DNA of 52,324 bases. Origin: a bacterium (GTDB lineage: Bacteria > Zhuqueibacterota > QNDG01 > DTFT01). Both the position numbers and the translations under genes were made by a program. The DNA is taken from contig JAFGAX010000173.1 of the NCBI GenBank assembly GCA_016933415.1, positions 1-52,324 on the forward strand, read 5' to 3'. Shown here in pieces: positions 46,177-52,324 of this stretch; positions within the stretch are counted from its first letter, which is position 1, and each line of letters starts with the position of its first letter. The notes under the pieces were generated by a model that was not told the origin of the DNA, made no database searches, and worked only from the letters and a program-made list of their open reading frames with translations.

Positions 46177-48408
46177 TCAGCCGGCGGGCGGCAGGGCCGT
46201 CCATTCGGAGACGATCTGACCGGCCCACCGGTAGATATTGAATTCCGAGACCGTGGCGCGGAGGTTCCGCATGCGCCGGCGTTTCTCCGATTCCGGCATT
46301 TCGACCGCCTGGTGAATCCGGTCCGCAAACTCCTCCGTGGCGTAAGGATTGATCGGGACGGCTTCGCTCAGCTCCCGTGAAGCGCCGGTGAAACTGCTGA
46401 GCAGCAGGACGCCGTTGTCGTCGGTGCGGGCCGTTACATATTCCTTGGCCACCAGGTTCATGCCGTCGTGCAGGGAACTGACGATGCAGATGTCGGACCG
46501 TTTGTAGAAGGGACGTATTTCGTCCGGCGTGAAATGACGCTTCAGGTAGAGAATCGGCTTCCAGGTGCCGTCCGAATGCTTCCAGTTGAGTTTCTCCACC
46601 AACTCGTCGATTTCGCCTCCCAGATCATGATACCGCTTGATGTGGACGCGGCTGGGGGCGCCGATCTGGATGAAGACGAAACGGTCCCGGTATTCCGGAT
46701 GCTTCTCCAGAAAGCGGTCCACGGCGTGAAGGCGTTCGGCGATGCCCTTGGTGTAGTCGATGCGGTCCACGCCGATGGCCACGATTTTCCCCTGCAGGTC
46801 GTATTCCCGGTCGATTTCGCGGAGGGTGTCCCCGTCCTCCGGAAGGTGGCGTCCCATCGCGTCATCGACGCTGATCGGAAAGGACCGCACCGCGGTCTCC
46901 TTCTCGTTCCGCACCACGGTGAACCGTTCGGTGTCCACCCGGCATTCCAGGAGCCGGTTCACGGTGTCGAGGAAGTTGTTGCAGTGAACCTGCACGTGAA
47001 ATCCGAGCAGGTCGCATCCAAGCATGCCGTCCAGTATCTCTGTGTAATAGGGACAGATGGCGAAAATTTCAGGATTCGGCCACGGGATGTGCCAGAACAG
47101 CGCCACGGACACGTCCGGCCGTTTTTCCTTGATCATCCGTCCGAGCAGGGTGAAATGGTAATCCTGGATGAAGACGAACGCTTTGTGAACGGGCAGTTCG
47201 TCCAGAACGGCATCGGCGAATTTCCGGTTCACCGTTTTATAGGTCTGCCAGTCGGCTTCCCGGAAAACGGGGCGCGTGTGCGTCACGTGACAGAGCGGCC
47301 ACAGTCCCTCGTTCGAGAATCCGTAATAATACCCGTTCTCCTCCTCTTTGGTCAGGCGGACGCGCTTGAGGATGTAGCGCGGATCCTCCGGCGGAACGCC
47401 GCGTTTGCCCTTGGAATTGACCGCCAGGAAATCGGCTTTTCCGCTTCCGTGCGCGATCCAGGTGCCGCCCGATGCCTTCAGAATGGGATTCAGGGCGGTG
47501 ACCACACCGCTGGCCGGACGGACGCACCGGGGGGGGCCGGGGGGATTCAGCTCGTGAATATACGGTTCGCGGTTGGAGACGACGAAGAAGGATGAAACAC
47601 CGAGCCTGGCGTGAACCAAGTCTCTCAACCTGGATTCCGTCCAGAGGTCCTCCTTCTTCACCCGGGCCGTGGCTTCCTTGAAGATGGCCTTTCGCGCCAC
47701 GCGGAGCGTGAGAGCCGCCTGCTCCACTTCATCGGCCAGGAGCCGTAATTCTCCCTGCGCGGACGGCGGCCGGGGCGCATCCGTCTCCCCCTTTTGAAAG
47801 CGGTCGAACCAGTCCGCCATCCGGAGGATCGGGAGGGTGAACAGGCGACGCTGCATCAGGAAGAGGACGGCGACGATGAGAACGGTCATGGCGAACAGGA
47901 GGATGCTGAGTCTGCGCCACAGGGCCGTCTGGACCGGGTATAGATAAGACGTATCGTGCAGGATCTCGACGATACCCAGAAGACGGCCGTTATCATCGGA
48001 TACCGGAGAAGCGTAAACGAACAGGGTTGCGCCCGCGAAGGACAACGTGTCGCCTTCCGGGCGCCGGTGTTTCAGCACCTTCGGCAGGACCGGGTCTCCG
48101 GCGTTGCGCCAGTCGGCCATCCGCTCCGAGATGGCCAGGAGGCGGCCCGTGCTGTCGTACAAGGCGCAGCCCTGGAGCCGCTCGCGACGGTCGAACGAAT
48201 CGACCAGCCGCTGGGCGGAATGGGGCTGAAAGGAGATAAAGATGTGGCGGGAGGATGCTCCAATGCTTTCAGCGAGCGCGGTCACTTTGCGGCGGAGATC
48301 GTCCGTCATTTTATCTTCAACCGACCGAACCTGCAGAAAGCCGAAAAGGCCGAGGCCTGCGGTGACAATGACCAGTATGGGAAAGATGAAGAAGAGCAGA
48401 CGTTTCAT
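46177..48408 (-). CDS. otsA: Trehalose-6-phosphate synthase (GT20) with N-terminal TM-extracytoplasmic-TM-HAMP-like module
   Basis: VVSNREPY, YYGFSNEGLWPLCH, QDYH, FWHIPWP, VDRIDYTKG, DGMNLVAKEY; about 260 extra N-terminal residues with two TM helices; AGGAGG RBS. Confidence 0.9.
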   Translation of the reverse strand: MKRLLFFIFPILVIVTAGLGLFGFLQVRSVEDKMTDDLRRKVTALAESIGASSRHIFISFQPHSAQRLVDSFDRRERLQGCALYDSTGRLLAISERMADWRNAGDPVLPKVLKHRRPEGDTLSFAGATLFVYASPVSDDNGRLLGIVEILHDTSYLYPVQTALWRRLSILLFAMTVLIVAVLFLMQRRLFTLPILRMADWFDRFQKGETDAPRPPSAQGELRLLADEVEQAALTLRVARKAIFKEATARVKKEDLWTESRLRDLVHARLGVSSFFVVSNREPYIHELNPPGPPRCVRPASGVVTALNPILKASGGTWIAHGSGKADFLAVNSKGKRGVPPEDPRYILKRVRLTKEEENGYYYGFSNEGLWPLCHVTHTRPVFREADWQTYKTVNRKFADAVLDELPVHKAFVFIQDYHFTLLGRMIKEKRPDVSVALFWHIPWPNPEIFAICPYYTEILDGMLGCDLLGFHVQVHCNNFLDTVNRLLECRVDTERFTVVRNEKETAVRSFPISVDDAMGRHLPEDGDTLREIDREYDLQGKIVAIGVDRIDYTKGIAERLHAVDRFLEKHPEYRDRFVFIQIGAPSRVHIKRYHDLGGEIDELVEKLNWKHSDGTWKPILYLKRHFTPDEIRPFYKRSDICIVSSLHDGMNLVAKEYVTARTDDNGVLLLSSFTGASRELSEAVPINPYATEEFADRIHQAVEMPESEKRRRMRNLRATVSEFNIYRWAGQIVSEWTALPPAG

Positions 48409-48645
48409 GCGTCGGATCCTCCTGAAAGCGGCGAGGCCGCCCGCGTGTGTGAAGACAAACGCCGCAACGGCGATCCGACCATCGGAGAACCTTCGGAACG
48501 CGTCGGCGTTACTGAACCCGGTGATGTGCGTCAGTGGACTGAACCGGACAACGGGCGAATTCACCCGCTTCGGGGGACCAGGCGGCACTTTTTTTTCCGA
48601 GTGACGGCCCCCGCCGGTCTTCAGGAAATCATCAGAATAAGCGCC

Positions 48646-48710
48646 TGATCCCGCAAAGCGGAGCCTTCAACGAGAAAGCCGGTATTCACGGGGGTCCCGC
48701 AAAGCGGAGC
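48646..48710. repeat. Two direct REP-like units
   Basis: TCCCGCAAAGCGGAGC at 48649-48664 and 48695-48710; the first has TGA and CTTCAA flanks like the 4869-4896 unit. Confidence 0.75.
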
Positions 48711-48727
48711 TGCGCGGCGCTTGCGTT

Positions 48728-48756
48728 AATATATCCATTTTCTATTAAGAATGCAA
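48728..48756 (-). promoter_or_regulatory. Candidate sigma70 promoter of the otsA operon
   Basis: Minus strand TTGCAT-17 nt-TATATT. Confidence 0.6.
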
Positions 48757-48824
48757 TTTTTTTCGGAGGGCTGCGATCCGTTCCTGTTGATGCGCGAAAA
48801 AAAACAATGAAATACCAAATATTC

Positions 48825-48853
48825 TTGCAATTCCGAACATTCCTTCCTACATT
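48825..48853 (+). promoter_or_regulatory. Candidate sigma70 promoter of the aminomutase
   Basis: TTGCAA-17 nt-TACATT. Confidence 0.6.
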
Positions 48854-48907
48854 AACAATCGAACCTATCCCATTCCGCCTTCCCGGTTCCAGCAACGGAG
48901 GTGCAAT

Positions 48908-50707
48908 TTGCTGAAACGCTACGAGCGACAGAGAAAGCGGATGGCCTCCGTTCATCCGCTCATTTTCAACATGCTTCGCGAAGCGGACGATTATTCGACG
49001 GCCCGCCATTACCTTCAGGCCTATCTGCACGAGCTGCAGCGCATGATGAACCGATCGAGCCTGAAAAAACAGCCTCTCGAATGGATCGTGCAGGAACAGG
49101 GCGTGGATACTTTTCTGAACCTGATCAGCGTCCGCAGTGAGCGCCTGGTCCGCTTCAGCCTGGTGCGGTTTCTCTGGAAAATCGCCAATGGCCGCCGGGA
49201 GCATCTGCCGAAGGATTTGAACGACGGTTTCTTTGAGGAGATCGTTCACCTGCTGCTTGCCATCCAGGGGGAGAGCGGCATCTACGACCAGGAATCGTAT
49301 CCCGAGTTTGCCAAATATCACGGACGCAAGGCCTCGATTCTCCGTTCGGAGCAGCTCGACCGGATCGCATTGAAGGCCGAAAACCGGATGAAGCGCTACA
49401 TTTCGGGACTCGAGCCGCGGGTCCGCGTCCGGCGGGACCGGAACCGTCGCCGTATTCTGAGAATCCTGGACGGCGGCGAAGAAGACTGGAATAACCACCG
49501 GTGGCAGATCCGCAACGTCATCCGGAGCGCGACGGTTCTCGGAAAAATGATCAATCTCACGCCGGAGGAAAAATCGGCCATTGAATCGGCCGGCCGGAAC
49601 CGCGTGCCGTTCGGCATCACACCATATTACGTATCGCTTATGGATCGGACCCCCGACCGGCGAAACGACCACGCTGTGCGCGCCCAGGTCATTCCGCCGG
49701 CCGACACCGTCCGGTCTTTGGTCCGCAGCCGCCGGGATCCCGACCGTACTCTTGACTTCATGCTGGAGAGGGACACTTCTCCAGTGGATCTGGTCACGCG
49801 GCGTTATCCCATGATCGCGATTCTCAAGCCCTACAATACCTGCAGTCAAATCTGCGTGTACTGCCAGCGCAACTGGGAAATCAACGACGTCCTGGCATCG
49901 GACGCCCTCGCACCGGCCGGCCGGATTCAGGCAGCGATCGGGTGGATCCGGAAACACCGGATGATCCGGGAAGTTCTGGTCACGGGAGGGGATCCGTTGG
50001 TGATGAGCGACGAACGGATCATCGATGTGATTGAATCCCTTTCGGAGATCCGCCACATCGAGCGTATCCGAATCGGGACCCGGACCCCCGTCGTCCTTCC
50101 CATGCGAATTACGGAGGACCTGGCGGACGGCCTGGCGCGCTACCATGTCCCCGGGCTCAGGGAAATCGCCGTCGTCACCCATTTCGAGCATCCCTACGAG
50201 GTCACGCCCGAGGCCATGGAAGCGGTCCAGAAGTTCCGGCGGCGCGGGATGTCGGTCTACAATCAGGCCGTTTTCACGATCGAAAACAGCCGCCGTTTCG
50301 AGCTGGCAGCCCTGCGAAGGCTGTTGAAACTGATCGGCGTGGACCCGTACTACACCTTCAACACCAAGGGCAAGGAAGAGACGAGGCGTTACCGTGTTCC
50401 CCTGGTCCGGCTGCAGCAGGAAATCAAGGAGGAAGCCCGGCTTCTGTCCGGTCTGGCCCGGACAGACGAACCCGTTTACAACGTCCCTCGGCTGGGGAAG
50501 AACTACCTTCGGGCCCAGCAGCATCACCGCCTGCTCGGCATCCTGCCGAACGGCAAACGGGTGTATGAATTCCATCCCTGGGAAAAGAACCTGTCCCTGG
50601 CGGACACTTATATCGACGAAGATGTATCCATCTACGATTACCTGCAGGAACTCAAGGCCCGAGGCGAGAATCCGGAGGATTACAAGACGATCTGGTACTA
50701 TTACTGA
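48908..50707 (+). CDS. Long KamA-family radical SAM 2,3-aminomutase (glutamate-type signature)
   Basis: WQIRN, ITPYYVSL, TRRYP, CSQICVYCQR, EVLVTGGDPL, RIRIGTRTPVVLPMRI, THFEHP, LGK; TTG start behind GGAGG. Confidence 0.85.
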   Translation: MLKRYERQRKRMASVHPLIFNMLREADDYSTARHYLQAYLHELQRMMNRSSLKKQPLEWIVQEQGVDTFLNLISVRSERLVRFSLVRFLWKIANGRREHLPKDLNDGFFEEIVHLLLAIQGESGIYDQESYPEFAKYHGRKASILRSEQLDRIALKAENRMKRYISGLEPRVRVRRDRNRRRILRILDGGEEDWNNHRWQIRNVIRSATVLGKMINLTPEEKSAIESAGRNRVPFGITPYYVSLMDRTPDRRNDHAVRAQVIPPADTVRSLVRSRRDPDRTLDFMLERDTSPVDLVTRRYPMIAILKPYNTCSQICVYCQRNWEINDVLASDALAPAGRIQAAIGWIRKHRMIREVLVTGGDPLVMSDERIIDVIESLSEIRHIERIRIGTRTPVVLPMRITEDLADGLARYHVPGLREIAVVTHFEHPYEVTPEAMEAVQKFRRRGMSVYNQAVFTIENSRRFELAALRRLLKLIGVDPYYTFNTKGKEETRRYRVPLVRLQQEIKEEARLLSGLARTDEPVYNVPRLGKNYLRAQQHHRLLGILPNGKRVYEFHPWEKNLSLADTYIDEDVSIYDYLQELKARGENPEDYKTIWYYY

Positions 50708-50854
50708 CGAGGGGATCGGTGTTCCGGATGCGTCGGCCGGTCGAAAAAGGGGGGAGGGGAGAGCCGTGTTTTCAGAAAGAACGGCGGGATGCCGTCCGGT
50801 CTTTCGGCGGAAGAATGCGTTCGCGGCCGGGAGCGGCGGATTGGCTTTTTTACA

Positions 50855-52222
50855 TCATTTTCCGCGTCGCGGTCCAGACTGAATCCATTTGCGGACAGTT
50901 CTGAAATTTCTGACGATCACCGAGACGAGACTTTTCTCGCGTATCTGTATTCTTGCACGCACATCCTCCATTTCCTCCCCGATTGCAACGTCCAGGGACT
51001 GCGATTTTTTAACGGAAAGGATCTGTGAAGGATAGACACTGCGGTGTCCGGTCATCAGGAAACTGATGACACAGGCCACACAGGCGTAGGGTCCGATGGA
51101 GCGGCCGAACAGCTCGATGGACAGAATGGCGGCCGCGATCGGGGTGTTCGCGGCACCCGCCAGAACGGCGACCAGGCCGATGGCTGAAAACGTCGCGGCA
51201 TCGAGCCCGGTGATGTTCGCGAACAGGCTCCCCGACGTGGCGCCGAGAAAGAAAAGCGGCGTGACGATGCCGCCGCTGCCCCCGAAATTCAGGGTGACTG
51301 CGGTCAGAAGTGCCTTCAACGGAAAAGCGAACCAGGAGACGGTTCCGCCTTTCAACGCCTGCTCGATCGTTTCCAAACCGAGACCGAGAAAGCGCGTCGA
51401 AAATATCAGCCCCGCGAGGGCGACCAAAGCGCCTCCGGCGAGCGCTTTCTGCATTTGAGACCAGGGGAGGGCCCGCGAAAGGCGGTCCGCGGCTGCGAGC
51501 ATTTCAATGAACAGAAAGGAGCAGATGCCGAAATACACGCCGGAAAGGGCCACCATCAGGAAAAAACTTTCGTGAAAGACAGGCGTGAAGGGAATCGAAT
51601 GGCTGAAATAGTTCACGCCGAGGGCGGCCGAAACCTGATAGGCCATGATGCCGGAAACGAATGACGGCAGGAGAACATCGTATAAAAGACCTCCGACAAA
51701 AAGGACTTCGACTCCAAAAATGGCGCCGGCAATGGGTGTTCCGAAGACAGAGGCGAAGCCGGCGCTGATGCCGCAGATGACGAGTTTCTTCCGGTCCTTT
51801 GCGGCGAACTGGAAAAGATCGGCCATGGCCGAGGCCAGTCCCCCGCCGATCTGGGCGCAGGGACCCTCTTTACCGGCTGATCCGCCCGAGGCGAGCGTGA
51901 TGACCGTGGCGGCCAGCTTGACCGGAACAACGGCGACCGGTATTTTGCCCGACCGCTTGTGCACGGCCTCAATCACTTTTTCGGTCCCATGCCCCTCGGC
52001 CTCCGGGGCCAGGCGCCGGACCAGTATCACGCTCAGGCAGAAGGCCGCGGGCAATGCCAGGAAATAATACTGGAAGCGTCCCGTAAATTCTGTTGCCGCG
52101 TTGAGCGCGAGGAGAAACAGGGACGTCGAGAGTCCGACCAGCGCGCCGACAACGGTGGCCAGGAAAACCCATTTCAGTACGCTGACGAAGAGAATGCTCT
52201 GTTCCGCGATTCGTTTTTTCAT
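50855..52222 (-). CDS. CLC family anion channel/antiporter
   Basis: GGSAGKEGP, ASVFGTPIAGAIFGVE, GGIVTPLF, AGAANTPIAA; no CBS pair. Confidence 0.9.
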   Translation of the reverse strand: MKKRIAEQSILFVSVLKWVFLATVVGALVGLSTSLFLLALNAATEFTGRFQYYFLALPAAFCLSVILVRRLAPEAEGHGTEKVIEAVHKRSGKIPVAVVPVKLAATVITLASGGSAGKEGPCAQIGGGLASAMADLFQFAAKDRKKLVICGISAGFASVFGTPIAGAIFGVEVLFVGGLLYDVLLPSFVSGIMAYQVSAALGVNYFSHSIPFTPVFHESFFLMVALSGVYFGICSFLFIEMLAAADRLSRALPWSQMQKALAGGALVALAGLIFSTRFLGLGLETIEQALKGGTVSWFAFPLKALLTAVTLNFGGSGGIVTPLFFLGATSGSLFANITGLDAATFSAIGLVAVLAGAANTPIAAAILSIELFGRSIGPYACVACVISFLMTGHRSVYPSQILSVKKSQSLDVAIGEEMEDVRARIQIREKSLVSVIVRNFRTVRKWIQSGPRRGK

Positions 52223-52288
52223 CTGCACCTTGAGTCCGGATCCATACCCGCAATATAGAAAATTCCGTCACGGTTTCAAAATAAAAAC

Positions 52289-52324
52289 CCCGAAACCCGA
52301 AACCCGAAACCCGAAACCCGAAAC
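52289..52324. repeat. Heptamer tandem repeat (CCCGAAA)n running off the window end
   Basis: Five perfect units at 52289-52323 plus the start of a sixth. Confidence 0.95.

Noticed and set aside
48409-48640. c-di-AMP riboswitch in the otsA leader
   Set aside because: The GGGGGACCA-like motif is on the wrong strand and the other conserved blocks are absent.
48686-50575. 629-aa minus-strand ORF
   Set aside because: Antisense shadow of the aminomutase.
52289-52324. Telomere (resembles plant CCCTAAA)
   Set aside because: The context is clearly bacterial; a short microsatellite at a contig break is the simpler explanation.

Overview
Bacterial chromosomal window, probably from an FCB-group diderm such as KSB1 or a relative. 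This is inferred from the PorV-like barrel, the T9SS-type C-terminal domain and the style of TonB receptor. From left to right it holds: (1) an AT-richer cluster of small stress-type genes (CsbD, two paralogous beta-barrels, small membrane proteins, lipoproteins, a B12 radical SAM enzyme, a baeRF-like protein, Csp); (2) an orphan PqqD/RRE + ABC exporter + nucleotidyltransferase trio; (3) a LacI-controlled, SusD-less glycan locus (mutarotase, TonB receptor, large CTD protein, PorV-like barrel, GH95, foldase-like lipoprotein, GDP-mannose 3,5-epimerase, HIGH-nucleotidyltransferase/GHMP-kinase fusion); (4) the housekeeping block ffh-rpsP-khpA-rimM-trmD-rplS-uvrC; (5) surface-glycan/heptose genes, an MFS, MgtE and NhaP; (6) an osmoadaptation island with a membrane-sensor-fused trehalose-6-P synthase, MscS, OtsB, DUF5752, TreT, a divergent long KamA-family enzyme and a ClC. 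Best candidate for an undescribed system: locus 3 reads as an L-galactose salvage route (release, mutarotate, phosphorylate, GDP-activate, epimerise to GDP-D-mannose). Other strong leads are the receptor-like T6P synthase, a KamA enzyme with the glutamate 2,3-aminomutase signature, a REP-like repeat family, and a rimM lacking a canonical start codon. All family calls come from motif recognition by eye; no searches were run.
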